A stretch of 63,665 bases of DNA, filler included, from Conidiobolus incongruus B7586 (Eukaryota): assembly GCA_000697335.1 (NCBI GenBank). It is 12 parts of 12 records of this genome, joined end to end, with 100 filler letters (N's around TTAATTAATTAA, not from the genome) between each part and the next. Parts side by side here need not be neighbours in the genome. Positions count along the whole stretch, not along the records: positions 38,287 to 48,333 come from JNEM01005907.1; positions 48,434 to 54,947 come from JNEM01005910.1; 10 more parts are not named here. The stretch is one strand, 5' to 3'. A program made the translations under genes and the position numbers. Below the pieces are notes generated by a model. The model saw only the letters and a program-made list of their open reading frames with translations. It had not been told where the DNA came from and searched no databases. Of this stretch, positions 38,187 through 52,992 are shown piece after piece (the first letter of the stretch is position 1; the number at the start of each line of letters is the position of its first letter).

Positions 38187-39708
38187 NNNNNNNNNNNNNN
38201 NNNNNNNNNNNNNNNNNNNNNNNNNNNNNNTTAATTAATTAANNNNNNNNNNNNNNNNNNNNNNNNNNNNNNNNNNNNNNNNNNNNTCAATTAATATATA
38301 TCTATATAAATATAAATATCATATCAAAATAATAACTTTAATATTTAAAATACTAATATTTAATACCAGAATATCAATTTAATTAAATATTCCCTTTAAT
38401 ATATATTTTCAAAAAAAGTTTTTATTAATATAATTTAATTTAGTTTAAAAAATTTTATAATATTTTTTTGTAAAATAATTTAATACATTATATTTATTTT
38501 AATATAACCAAATATAATTTATTAAATTGGTTCAGTATAAACATTTTAATAGTTAAATTGATTGATTTAGAAATAATTATAAATTATAAATATTATATAT
38601 TCAAAACACCATTTGAATGAATGAGAATTGATATTGTGTTTCACTGCATCAAGAATATATGATGTAAGCCATTAAATTGAAAATATAAAAATAACTGGCT
38701 ATATTTAATACAACATTTTAAAATGAACTTTTTAATTGATATCTTCTGGTAAAATAAGAGTTGAATGGAGTTTTAATAAGTAAATATATTAATAATGTTG
38801 ATTTTATTAAATGCTGCTTTTTAACAATTTTTACTATATTTTCATATATTGGTTGAATCTAACAAATAAAATTAATATAAATAATATATTTTATATTCTT
38901 CTTCCTATTCTTATATATGTTTTTGCCTCGAAATAAATATTGTTATATATCAAAAAATTCAGAGATTAAAAAGTAAATCAAATATTATTAGAAGGTTATA
39001 TAATTGTTTGGCTTTTATCTCAATAAAGCTTATTATTTTAATTTGATAATTCGTTCAATTAAAATAATTTATGCTTAAATTATTTTTGAATACTAGAACT
39101 CACGATTGAAAAGAAAACACAGGTACCAAACACATTAAAATCAAGTTGCCATGAGTCATTCAATTACTGAATTTTGCTCTGAATTAAAAATAAAAAACTG
39201 TTTTTGATAATTTATAATCAAAATCCTGTAATATTTACTTTTGTCCTCCCTGACTCATATACAAAATTTTATCCAAATTTTTCAAATTTATATAAATATA
39301 TATTTATTATCATTGACTAATATTAAAAATATTAGTGTGATGAAATGTAAAAAAAGGTAAAGAGTGAGAAATATATATTTATATATTTATATATTTAATA
39401 TGCATAATCTGGATACAAAAATGAAATTATCAAGATCAGAATCTTAAAGCTCGATGTAAAATATATAATTTGACAAAAGTTATAAAAAAATATATTATGT
39501 AGAGTACAGGATAAATAGTTTATGATGAGGTTGATCAAAATTGAATATTTAAAATATATTATATTATAATAATATTAAAGAACCAGATAGTTGAAAAAAG
39601 TTGGATGTAATAAATATATTTCCAAAATCAAAACGAACAACAAAAATTAATCTTGAAAATAAGTATAATAAGATCAATAGTTTAATTTTCGATACCTTCT
39701 TGAATAGT

Positions 39709-40941
<1,233 letters not shown>

Positions 40942-42701
40942 AATTTATAATTAAGAATTTAAAGAATGAAATTAATTAAAATGAGGCTTCAAAATTTATG
41001 AGGAAAAAATATGAATTTTAATGATGGAAAAGTAGTCTCTTATCGTAATGAATATTTATCTGATTTAAAGTTCATATTTGGCACTCGATTGATCAATCAC
41101 ATTTATTCAAGCTAGGATTTCTTAAAGTTGGAGAATTAAAGGGTTGAAATTGTTGTTAAAGTATATATTGAATTTTATAATTTATTTCACTTGATCTTAT
41201 ATAGAATTGCTAAATTTTAGCAATTATATCATTGATAGACATATATATTATTATTCTACTATAATAATTCTGTTTATTACTCTACTTAAACCATACAAAT
41301 TCTTAATATAATAATATAAAAAAATTATATAAATGAAAATTTTTTATAGACTATATTCAAATGACGTATACAATGAATATACATATATTTAATATTACTA
41401 AAAATGAATTCATTCACATGGGTTATAATTCATCCAATTTATCACATGACACCTTCGATACCATCGAATTTTTGAAGTTTTGAACTCTTTCAAAATAGCA
41501 TTTTCAAAAAAATTATTGAAAAAGATTCACGGATAGTATTAATTGATTAACCTTTAATTTATATTATACAATGAAGATTGAAAATAATATTAAATTATCA
41601 AACATAAAATTTAATCACAATTATTGATTTTTGCTGAATTTCCGAAATATACTTGAAATTAAAATGATAAAAGTTCTAAATGTATATAGTTTTCAAGGAT
41701 TATATTTCATTATATATATTTTAGATATAGATATACTTTAGTGAGTTATTGATTCAATTTTTTTAAAATTTTATTATAAATTATCATTGAATTTGTTCAT
41801 TAAGTAATAGAGTCAAGCTCTGAAAAATTTGTGTAGTATATTTCAGAGAAATTATTATTACCATTATTTATGAAGTTAATATTTAAACATGAAAAATCCA
41901 ATTACAACATATTGATTTATTTTATTTGTATTCAATTAAAATTTGAATGAACGAAATGTTAATATATACTGATATTATTTAGATATTACCAATTTAACAG
42001 TTATATATAGCATATTAAGGAGAATTAGAAAATCATTTCAATTCAACTAAATCAGTATAGTACATACAATAGTTTTAAAACATTGACTATAGTCCATTTT
42101 ATTCAATATCATCTATTCGAAACTTAAATTTATAAACTCGAAACAAAAATTACGAAAGATGATTTTCAATTCAAATTTCTCCGTGAATTTCGATTAGTTG
42201 ATCTTTTGAATTTTTTAATATATAAAAGATCAATGGATAGATAGGATACAACATAACATTAAAAAATGGCGAGAATTTCAGACTATAAGTCAACTAAACT
42301 ATTAGTGACATTGGATTAAAGTAAAATTTGAGTAATCTCAATTCAATTGGAATACTCGTAAATAATGATATGCTTGAGCCAGTGAATTTCGTTACAAGCT
42401 AAATAAAAGTATATATATATGATATATAATCTATTGCCTTTACACCAATTAAATTAAAATATGAAGCTGAAATTAATTATATTAATTATAAGAAAATTTC
42501 AAATTCAATGAAACTGAATCCTTGGTATAATTTGAAATTATAAATTATCAACTTGATTGAATCAAAATTTCTGATACGATTCGCAAGTAATTTAAAATTT
42601 AGCATTTGTTTCAATTCTGTTTAATTATAATATAAATTCCAATAAATGGATTCATCATACCAGTTTTCAATAATAATTGGAATTTTATCATTTGACTCAT
42701 A

Positions 42702-43997
42702 ATGAAGAGCAATTTAATCTTAATTGGGTTGATCCCATTCATTAGTGCACTTCCTCAACTCTCCTATAATCGAACAGATGCTCATAGAGGCGAGAATGGA
42801 TTGTTAGGTAATTTCACTGCAAATCCTGAAGAGGCTCAAGTTACCTCACACCAGACTCAATCGCAGTCACAGCATTTAATATCAGAAACAGATCCTACTT
42901 CACAATTGAGTTCTATGTCATTGCCAAGTACGGCTGGAATCATCCCTAGCCAAGCAACCACTGAATTACAATTGAAAATGCAGAAAGCTTTCCAAGATTT
43001 TGCTAATGCTATTGCCCAAATTGCTAGTGAAGCTCAGGTGAAAGCAAGTCAAATGACCATTAATCCTCAGCCTGCTGCTCAGCCAATTGCTAGTCCTGGT
43101 GCCCAGCTTGCACCACAACCAGAAGCTCAACCTCAGCAAGCTTCCCAGCCCCCTGCAGATTCTCAGCCTAACAGTGATGCCAATCCTGAATCAAATCAAG
43201 GGGCTGTTTCACAGGCTCCAAGCGACGAATCTTCTTCCTCAGAGCAGAGCTCTGATCCTCCAGCACAAGCTGGATCTACTCGAAGCTTGTTGAGTGATCT
43301 TCTTGCAAGTAATAACGATGTTAGTTCCATTGATAACTATCAATTCCAATTCCAATCATCACCATTACCTGAATATAATCCAGTTTATATTAAATATGAC
43401 TATCCTACAGCTTATGATTTAAGTACCCTTGGAGTGCTAAACTATTATGCTTCTGGATATCCCGCAGCCAGCTACAATGGATATACAGACGGTTCAATGT
43501 ACCACACATTAGTCCATTCGAAGCCATCACCCAAATCATCTCAACCATCCGCCAAGCATTCCCAAGAATTATCATCAGCCTCCATCCAAGATACCCATGG
43601 TTTATCATCTTCTTCCAGCAAACATGAACGAGAATCATCATTATTGTCAGTATCATCCACCAAACCAAAATCACCTGAATTTTCAACAACTTTCATGAAG
43701 CCTAAAACCCCATCAAACTCTGTAAAATCGTCCTCATCATCCTCATCATCCTCATCATCCAATCACGGCCTAATCAACTCGAGCTCCCTTCATCCCAAAT
43801 CTCAATCCAAATTGACACAAGAATCCCAGCCCAAAGCCTCTGCCACAAGCCAACTTGACAAAGTCCTAACCCAAATCGAAACAGAATCCGCGCCTGTGCT
43901 GAAACGTCGCGAGCGCTACAACAACCTCTCTAGTCAAAGGGTAGTCATTGAGGATAAATTCTCACGTCAAGCTATGAAAGCTCGCAACAAATGTTGA
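42702..43997 (+). CDS. Secreted low-complexity Ser/Gln/Pro-rich protein (431 aa), function unknown
   Basis: Long intronless ORF with signal peptide MKSNLILIGLIPFISA, QP-rich, Tyr-rich and poly-Ser blocks, and KRR near the C-terminus. TATAAAT lies upstream. Confidence 0.85.
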   Translation: MKSNLILIGLIPFISALPQLSYNRTDAHRGENGLLGNFTANPEEAQVTSHQTQSQSQHLISETDPTSQLSSMSLPSTAGIIPSQATTELQLKMQKAFQDFANAIAQIASEAQVKASQMTINPQPAAQPIASPGAQLAPQPEAQPQQASQPPADSQPNSDANPESNQGAVSQAPSDESSSSEQSSDPPAQAGSTRSLLSDLLASNNDVSSIDNYQFQFQSSPLPEYNPVYIKYDYPTAYDLSTLGVLNYYASGYPAASYNGYTDGSMYHTLVHSKPSPKSSQPSAKHSQELSSASIQDTHGLSSSSSKHERESSLLSVSSTKPKSPEFSTTFMKPKTPSNSVKSSSSSSSSSSSNHGLINSSSLHPKSQSKLTQESQPKASATSQLDKVLTQIETESAPVLKRRERYNNLSSQRVVIEDKFSRQAMKARNKC

Positions 43998-46299
43998 GAT
44001 TAGATTTATTATCAAATTATTTGTGTTTAGTTAATGGTTTATTTGATAATAAATAAATCTTTATTAGGTATAAAATTAATTAATATTTTACATATTGAAG
44101 TTTTAAAATAGTATTAAATTTATTCCCATGAAATATCAAATTAAAATTAAATTTTAAAATTTAATTTTGATTTTGAAATATTTTCAAATTATTATCTGTT
44201 TATTATTATTCCTTTTTAAAAAATTCTATTTTAATATTTCAAATGTAAATAGAAAATATATAACGTTGTAATTTTCAGATAAAATGGAAAATATTTTATA
44301 TTCATATAGTATTATCTTATATGATGAAATTCATTTCCGTACTTAGTGAATAAATTGCAATTATTGACCTAGTGTGTCAAGATATGGGCTGACTTCAACT
44401 TGTTTATTGGTAGTATTATGACAAGTAAAAGTATTATAATAGTATTCCTTGATTGTTATTGAATGTTATATATATAGAATTAAAATGTATCCAAATCTGT
44501 ATATATTTATTACGTCAATGTCTTGCTATTATGCTGGTATAGTATGGTCTGGATGACTGTATAAGCATACAATAATTAACCTAAATGATGCAATAGGAGA
44601 TTGATTAGCAAGATAACCACTTAGGTTGAATAAGCAAGAGATGAAGAGAAGTAAAGTAATAAATAGATGAGTGATACTTAGATGCAATGATATAGCAATG
44701 GAGCAAAGTAATTAGGTTATTTATTGTGATAAAGCATTATATCCATGGTCATCATAATTCCAATTCATCAAATTTACTGAGACTTTCAACTTACTAGAAT
44801 TGGAATTTTAAAAATAGAATTATTAAAATTGTACAATCTGTTCATGGGTACTGATACAATAATAGTATTTTTTGAACTATATTAATAACGAATATTATTC
44901 CTATGAGGAATCAATCTCTCAGAAAAACAAACTCACCACGCACCGAAGTAGATGAGAAAAGAAAATTTTTTGATTCAGGCAAGTTATATTTCTTGAAAGT
45001 GGTTAAAATTGCAAACTTTGATTAGTGGTTGATTTGTTTGAAGGTTATATATTTAATATTAGTAAAATATTGATAAGAAATTAAATATGTATTATTTTGA
45101 AAATTTAATATCTTTTGTTTATATGGAAATTCATAAATAAAGGTTATATAGGTATTATCAAAATATTAACTAAACTCAAATATTAAAATTCATTATTTGA
45201 ATTAGCAGATAATATTAGTACTTTATATTAAATATATTTGTTAGAATAATGGATGATAGGAATATAAATCTTTAAATACACATAAAGTTGAAATATAACC
45301 ATGATTTGGTTAAAATTCAATCCTTCGAATTAATTGCTTCTAGGTTGGGAAATACTAAACTACTTGTCTTTTCCTTCATATTGTGAAAATGATTATTAGA
45401 TTAGATTAATAAAATCATGTTTTAAAAAATATGAAGCCCCCTTTAGACTTTTTATGGTTTTAAAGTTATTGCTTTTGATCACTATATTTTATAATTAATA
45501 TTATTTTAAGTTATTCATTATCTTTAATTTTTTATCAAATTGTTGAAATATATAATGAATTAAGTATATACAAATACCTTTGAATCATTTTATATTTTTT
45601 ATCTAGTAATATTATTTTTAAATTAATCAAAGTGTATTTATTTATAATTAATAATTAAAAAGGAGCTTTTTTAATTTTTATATATATATTTGGATAAAGT
45701 AATTAATTAACTATGATAATTTTTAGTTTTACTTAATATTGGATAATGAATTAATAGTCAATATATCAAGGAAAATTAGTTTGTAAATTTGGTTAATATC
45801 AAAATAGGATCCTTTCATATTTCAAATATAGCTATATCAAATTTGTTGATTATTGTTAATCAAAATATTAGGGAATTCAATATAATTTTGCATTAGCTCT
45901 GATTTAAATATTATTCCAATATTTGAATAATATGTGTAATTTATTTTATAAAAACTAATTATCAAAATTCAAATATTTTTATATTTATATATTTTCATAT
46001 TTTATTATAGGTCATGTTTTAATAATTGCAAAACTTAACAAAGAGCAAAAATTTGTATAATTAAATTTAATATTATTCAAACGAGTATTGAAATATAAAT
46101 CTATATTATTTGCATGCTATAATATTATAATAAATTATAAATCAGCTTTGTATTCATTTTTTTAGTGACTTAATATATAGGCCAATTTATTTTATATACA
46201 AAAACCTATTAATTAATAAATTAACATATCAAAAGATAACTATAATCAATTAATTTCCTTTAGTAACAAAAACTAATTATAAATATTAAAATTAAATTT

Positions 46300-46918
46300 A
46301 AATAAAATTATCAAAATATGATTTATAAAATTTATTATATAATTTATAATTAATACTTTTATTTAACTTTAATAACTCTTATCTATAAATTTGCTAAACT
46401 TCTAATATTTAAATAATAGTTTTTTCGTTATTAACTGAAATTTAATATTTTATAAACTAATTTAATTTATTTGTAAAAATTCTTTTTTGCAAGTATATTT
46501 TTTAATTACCCAAAACAAATTATAGTTACATAGGTTATAATCACGTGAATATATAATATATAATAGTTTTTTCCAGATTCTTTTATATAGAAAATCTTTT
46601 ATAGATTTTATTATATTGATTTTTAATTTATTATGCAAAATAACTGGTATTTTTAATTTATAATAAAAATTTAATTAAAAATTATTTTATATAAAAAGAA
46701 ATAAACAACTTATTATCAATTGTTTTATTATTAAAAATTTACTAAGTAATTTATATGACATTATACTTTATTTTAATAATCAATAATTTTTTATTAAATT
46801 AATATTTTTATATCATCTTTTATAAAGGGAATTATTTTAATTTATTTAATTTAATTTTTTTATTTTTATTTCCATATTTATATTAAGAAACTTAAGACTT
46901 ATTTATTAAAATAATCTA
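46300..46918 (-). mobile_element. Older mariner copy (3' part), interrupted by a nested mariner and continuing at 48237-48333
   Basis: GTTACATAGGTTATAATCACGTGAATATA is the reverse of the YSPDYNPC region. The sequence resumes in register after 48236. Confidence 0.7.
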
Positions 46919-48234
46919 TTACTCTGTATTTTTAATAATGGAAATTTTTTGCAATTCAAATTAAATAAATATTATAATATATAATATATAAAAATAAATA
47001 TATAATATAAATTGAATAGTTTCTTATATTATTAATAACTTTTTGCTATACTTTTGGCAAAGGTCTAACACTTAAAAAACAGTTTTTTTTTATTAAGGAC
47101 TGAAATTTGATGTTTCACAAACCAATTAAATTTTCTTGCAGAGATTTTCTTTTCTGCAAGCTAGTTTTTTAATTATCTAAAGCAATTATAATCACATAGG
47201 TTATAATCTAAAGAGTATACTAGATATAGTAGTTTTTTTCAGTTATTTTTAATTAGAAAGTTTTTTACAGTTTTAGATTTATATATTTTACAAATATCAC
47301 ACAAAATAATAAATCTTTTTAAATTATATTGAGAATACTAATTAAAAATACTTTTATTTATAAAAGCAATATAAAGTTTAGTATTAATTAATTTTCCTTT
47401 AAGAACTAAATAAAAGTAATATATACCATTATAATCTATTGTAATAATTAACATTTGCTTATTAATAGAATGTTTATTTAAAGGAATTTGTAGAGAGGGT
47501 TAATTTAACTTAATCTAGCATCTTGATTTATGTTTTAGTAAAGGATTATATATAAAGATCTAAGATTCATCAATTGTAATTATTCACTGTAAAAGTCTAG
47601 GCTTCTAGTAATATTTTAGTAAGTTTTGTTTAGCAATTACTACTCTAGCTTCTTTCTAAGCTTTAGTTAAATTATTAGATACCTATTTTATATTTTTATT
47701 TATTAATTTAAGTTTATACTTTAATATATATATAAAATACTTATAAAACTAATATTAAAATGTTTAGATAGTTCTCTAGCTAAAATAAAAAGGTGCTTTT
47801 CAATATATTTTTTCACTTTATTAAAAATTGAAAGAGTAACAGTTAAAGTTAGTTTTTTAGATTATAATAAGTTTTAGATAGTTTTTCTCTTAGTTTTAAA
47901 ATAATTTACCTAGCAATAAATTTTTAATTTAGATAATGTTTTATTACCAAAAGCTGTTTATAAATTTTGAATAATTTTAAAGGGTTTATAGTTAAGTTTT
48001 ACTGATACTAAAATAAAAACCTTTTGATGATCATTATTTGGTTTAAACATAATTAAATTAAATAACCAATTTTAAAAAGCTAATTTTTTAATCAAAAAAA
48101 ATTATTATATATATATATATTTTAATAATATATAATTTCCTATTAACCTTATATATATTTATTTATTTAAATTTAATAATGTATTTAAAAAAGCAGAAAT
48201 TAAAAAATTTCTTATTATTTTAAATTATAGGTAA
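46919..48234 (-). mobile_element. Full-length decayed DD34D mariner (1316 bp), TA target duplication
   Basis: Imperfect TIRs TTACTCTGTATTTTTAATAATGGAAATTTT and AAATTTCTTATTATTTTAAATTATAGGTAA. Reads IITIDES*IFIYNP and IILCD-(34 codons)-D in YNLCDYNCF. Confidence 0.88.
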
Positions 48235-48433
48235 TATTATAAAAATATCTATTTTAAGTAATATTTAATTAGCTTTATTTAATTTTAACTATTTTAATTT
48301 TTTTAAACTTTTGTTAAACTATATAATATCTATNNNNNNNNNNNNNNNNNNNNNNNNNNNNNNNNNNNNNNNNNNNNTTAATTAATTAANNNNNNNNNNN
48401 NNNNNNNNNNNNNNNNNNNNNNNNNNNNNNNNN

Positions 48434-49591
48434 ATATAATATTTTTTTTGATTAAAAAATTAACTTTTTAAAATTGGTTATTTAATTTAATTATATTTAA
48501 ATTAAATAATAATCATCAAAAGTTTTTTATTTTAGTATTAATTAATCTTATCTATAAACCCTCTAAAAGTTTATAAAATTTACAAATAACTTTTAATAAT
48601 AAAGTATTAACTAAATTAACTATATATTACTAGGTAAATTATTTTAAAGCTAGGAGAGAAACTATTTAAAACTTGTTAAAATTTAAAAAACTAACTTTAA
48701 CTATTACTCTTTTAATTATTAATAAAGTGAAAAAATATATTGAAAAGTACTTTTTTATTTTAGTTCAAGAATTATTTAAGTATTTTAATATTAATTTTAT
48801 AAGTATTTTATATATATTAAAGTTAAACTCAAATTAATAAAAAAATATAAAATAAATACCTTATCATTTAACTAAAGCTTAAAAAAAAGTTAGAGTAGTT
48901 ATTGTTAAATAAAGCTTATTAAAATATTACTAGAAGCTTAAATTATTATAGTAAATCATCATAATTAATGAATCTTAAATTTTTATATATAATCTTTTAT
49001 TATAACACAAATCAAAATATTAAATTAAGTTAAATTAACCCCCTCTATAAATCTCTTTAAAAAAATATTTTATTGATAAAAGAATGCTAATTATTATAAT
49101 TAATTATAATAGTATATGCTATTTTTATTTAGTTCCTAAAAGAAAATTAATTAATAATAAATTTTATATTGTTTTTTAAATAAAAGCATTTTTAATTAGT
49201 ATTTTTAATATAATTTATAAAAACTTATTATTTTGTATAATTATTACAAAATATACAAATTTAAAGCTATAAAAAACTTTATAATTAAAAATAACTAGAA
49301 AAAACTATTACATTTAATATACTCTTTAGATTATAACTTATGTAATTATAATTACTTTAAGCAATTAAAAAACTAGCTTATAAGAAAGAAAATTTTTACA
49401 AGAAAATTTAATTGGTTTGTGAAACATTAAATTTCAGTCTTTAATAAAAAGAATTATTTTTTAGGTATTAGATCTTTATTAAAAGTATAGCACAAAATTA
49501 TTAATAATAAAAGAAATTATTATATTATTTATATTATATATTTATTTATTTTTAATTGTAAAAAATTCCCATTATTAAAAATAAAGAGTAA
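48434..49591 (+). mobile_element. Decayed mariner of the same subfamily, opposite orientation
   Basis: Reverse complement of ~46919-48110. Ends AAAAATTCCCATTATTAAAAATAAAGAGTAA plus TA. Confidence 0.85.
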
Positions 49592-52074
49592 TAATTAGGA
49601 TTACTATTGATATTCAATAGAAAAACTACATAATATTATAATTTATTAAAGTAATTCATATTTTCTTATAAATAAAATATTAATCTATTGGAATTTATAT
49701 AAAAGATTTATATAATATCTTTTAATATTTTGTATTATATTATAGAATAAATCTTATATAAAAAATTTATAAAAGAGTAATTATTGTAACTTATTCTAAA
49801 AGCCTTAGTTTTTAATTATATTTTAATATGTTTCATTTAACTATCTCTAAATAAATATATAATTCAATAATTTTAAATATCAAATTTTATAAATATATAA
49901 AAGGAATTCCCACAAATAATCTCTGTAAATTAGTAATTTCAAGGACAAGTAACTTGGTTTATTCTTTGATTTCTTAAAATAACTCATCATTTGTTATTCA
50001 GAGCAACATGCAATCTATATATGATAAATGCTAACGCATTGTAAATGAAAGGTAATATAACACTGAGGTGGTTTTGTAATTAAATTCTAATTTGTTAATT
50101 AATGATTTGTTTGAGTCAATTCCTAGTTCTAATTATAAAATCGATTCTTTACAAGCTGGCAATAGTTAGATAATTATGAATCAATTAATACTAATCATAA
50201 ATTTGATATCAATATAGGCCTATTAAACGAGACTAATAGTCATTAATGTTTGAGAACTTAACATTTAAAATCTAATGTTCAATTTGTCAGGACATTATTA
50301 TCATAAAATCAAATAATTTTTTGAATAGATAAATTTTTTGTAATTAAAATGCAAATTTTAATTGAATTGTTTGATCAAATCAAAAATCAAAATCAATTAA
50401 TATATGAAAAAAAGAATATATATATATTTATTGGAATATATTTATTAAAATTCTCATTTAAAAAGTATACATTCAATTGAATAAGTGATAGTTTTTCAGA
50501 TATCTCATTCTTTTTTAATATCCTTGTTGTATTTATGAGCCATATATTTAAGCATGTCCATGTTGATGGATGATGCTTTGTTAAAAGCAACTAATATTTT
50601 AGTTGTGTTTATCTACAATCTAAAAACATTTTTTGGAACAACAAAGAAAAAACTCCCTTAGTTTTTATTCTTAGTCACAATCAAATTGATAATAAAATTT
50701 GACAGTGTTTTATTTGAAAGAATGACTTCACACGACACTAATTCCAATATTGATTTTCACCATCCCAAAACTTATGGAACTGTAAACAACTGAGTTTTAC
50801 AACAATTCTTAAAGAGATTTTGTAAAATAATTAATCAATTTGAAATTCTGAAAATTTAAAATATCTATCTAAGTATGAATAATTCAGATGGTTAGAGTGT
50901 ATATTATTTGGTTTAGAGATTATGGTCAAAAAATTTTCAACAATATTTATTGTAATATTATTATCAAATTATATATATTATGGGCCAAAGTATTGAATAT
51001 CAAATCACATTCGCTTTTAATTGTTGAATTTGGTTTCATGATTCTTTAATACTATAATTTCCTTGAAATAATTTATAACGTATAGAAATTCGTGCAAGAT
51101 TGGAAGTATTATAACTATATATAAACTTTATTGAGTATTTTAATATTTTAGCTCTCTTATAATTTTTTTATTTTGATTTTTGAGATCGATTTAAACGTTA
51201 TGTCAACCATTAATTGGTAACAAAAAAACTAAAATGATTGCTGACTGGGTCATCCATCACCAAAACCGGTTGAAGAAATAGGTTAACAGCGATGGCGAAG
51301 TCTGCACTTGTGGAGCCACTAGCTCTCAATAAATGCGCATGATTTCACAATTATATCGTGGTTAGATCTCCTCCTGGATCAAGCTCGGCTTATCGGTTCG
51401 GTCGCTATTCTATAAATAATATAGAAAACTTCATCTGTAGCCTAATTTAGTAATTGTCCGTATCTATTTTAGCTGCAATAACTCCTGGTCCTCTCATTAC
51501 TGCAGACCCACGAACGGTGGCATACGTTCCATCCTTTTGCCCCATGTTGACCACCAAGCTAGTCATGTATGCACCTCGCTTGATCTGAGTGGTCCTGGAG
51601 GCTCTCTCGACCCTCGTCATGGTTGAAGTTACTACCCTAATGCTCCCCAGTTTTGTCGATAACTTAAGTGAAACCTGTAAATTACCAAACTTGATTGAAA
51701 CATCTATTGGAGAATTATTTCGAAACAACTACTTTTTCTATAAATATATGATACAGTTTTAATCTTTTCAAGAAATCTATTGAAATTAAATCTAAAAAAT
51801 AATGAAAAAGTTTAATAGCAATTAGCCAATAATTGACCTTTATCACTGAAACCAATAATTTTCAATTTTTTTACCAAATATAATATTTTCAAATGGATAA
51901 AAATATCAAAGTGTGTCATTGTAATAAAAAAGTTGTGTTAACTTGAATTACATAGTAGGGTGTTCATGATATTTTTCTGAATGAATGACTTCTATTTAAA
52001 TCAATATTTTGCCAATGTTATAACCGTCAATATCAGTTTAATGAAATATATTATTTTTTTTATTATTTAGAGAA

Positions 52075-52992
52075 ATGGTTTATAAAGAGTTTGATTTTGA
52101 TCAAGTTTATGATGCTGCAAAACCATATAATTATATCTTTTCGGCATACTTAGTTATCCTTCATACTTTATCAGGAACTTTACTGTTATCACTTTTAATT
52201 GTTATTTCGAAATATAAATGGTCTTCTATGAAAATTGACATGAAGCTTAGTAAAGTAATGATAATTTCGGATTTCGGATGTGCTTTAGTGGGTGGAATAT
52301 CTGGGGTGTTAAACCTAGCAGGTGTGAGTATACATTTACATCCTGAGCAAGTGTGCAATTTGAATGCTTTTTTAGTAGCTTTAACCTATATCAATTCAAT
52401 CAATATTGTTGGAATAATTAGTTTAGAGAGATGTTTGATTATTGTATTTAACAAACATTTTCCTGATTATTTCTATTACATTCTTATTATTTCTATATAT
52501 GTGTTCAATATAAGTAATTGGATTCAAACATGGATAAATAATGGCTTTGGATTATTACCTTCAACGGTATATTGCTTTTTTAATCCTGGAACTCGTGGTG
52601 GATTAGTTGGGTCAATTTTAACTGCACTCGTATGTTTGATGACGGATACATTGGTTTTTATAAATTATCCGATGATTTGTTTCTATCGCAGAGCCCAAAG
52701 TATAAAGGCTCAATTGGAACTTGGCTTGGATCCTGTCAAAGTTAAAAAAGAGGTCAACACAGTTATCATTAGTTCTCTTATGTTGGTTTTCGTGAGTGCT
52801 TGTACAAATTTACCATATATGATCCTTTTAGTAATTAGCTGGTTTAATCCATCCATACTTACACCAGAAATTGATATGTGGGAAGCATTAATAATAAATG
52901 TTAATGTTCCTTTAAATTCATTAATATTAATGAATATGAAACCAGAATTAAAGAAATCTGTGAAAAAGTTATGGGGATTTAAAGAAGATTGA
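52075..52992 (+). CDS. Seven-transmembrane receptor, rhodopsin-family (class A) GPCR-like, intronless
   Basis: Seven hydrophobic segments, TM2 Asp (ISDF), Cys at the top of TM3 (VCNLNAF), ISLERC (DRY-type motif), ECL2 Cys (STVYCF), TM6 NLPY, TM7 LNSLI and basic helix 8. Confidence 0.85.
   Translation: MVYKEFDFDQVYDAAKPYNYIFSAYLVILHTLSGTLLLSLLIVISKYKWSSMKIDMKLSKVMIISDFGCALVGGISGVLNLAGVSIHLHPEQVCNLNAFLVALTYINSINIVGIISLERCLIIVFNKHFPDYFYYILIISIYVFNISNWIQTWINNGFGLLPSTVYCFFNPGTRGGLVGSILTALVCLMTDTLVFINYPMICFYRRAQSIKAQLELGLDPVKVKKEVNTVIISSLMLVFVSACTNLPYMILLVISWFNPSILTPEIDMWEALIINVNVPLNSLILMNMKPELKKSVKKLWGFKED

Noticed and set aside
44340..44960. Purine-rich, GC-raised stretch after the secreted-protein gene
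   Set aside because: No ORF, termini or second copy visible.
50393..50800. 65-aa ORF and possible exon remnants on the minus strand
   Set aside because: No coherent gene model or family could be built.
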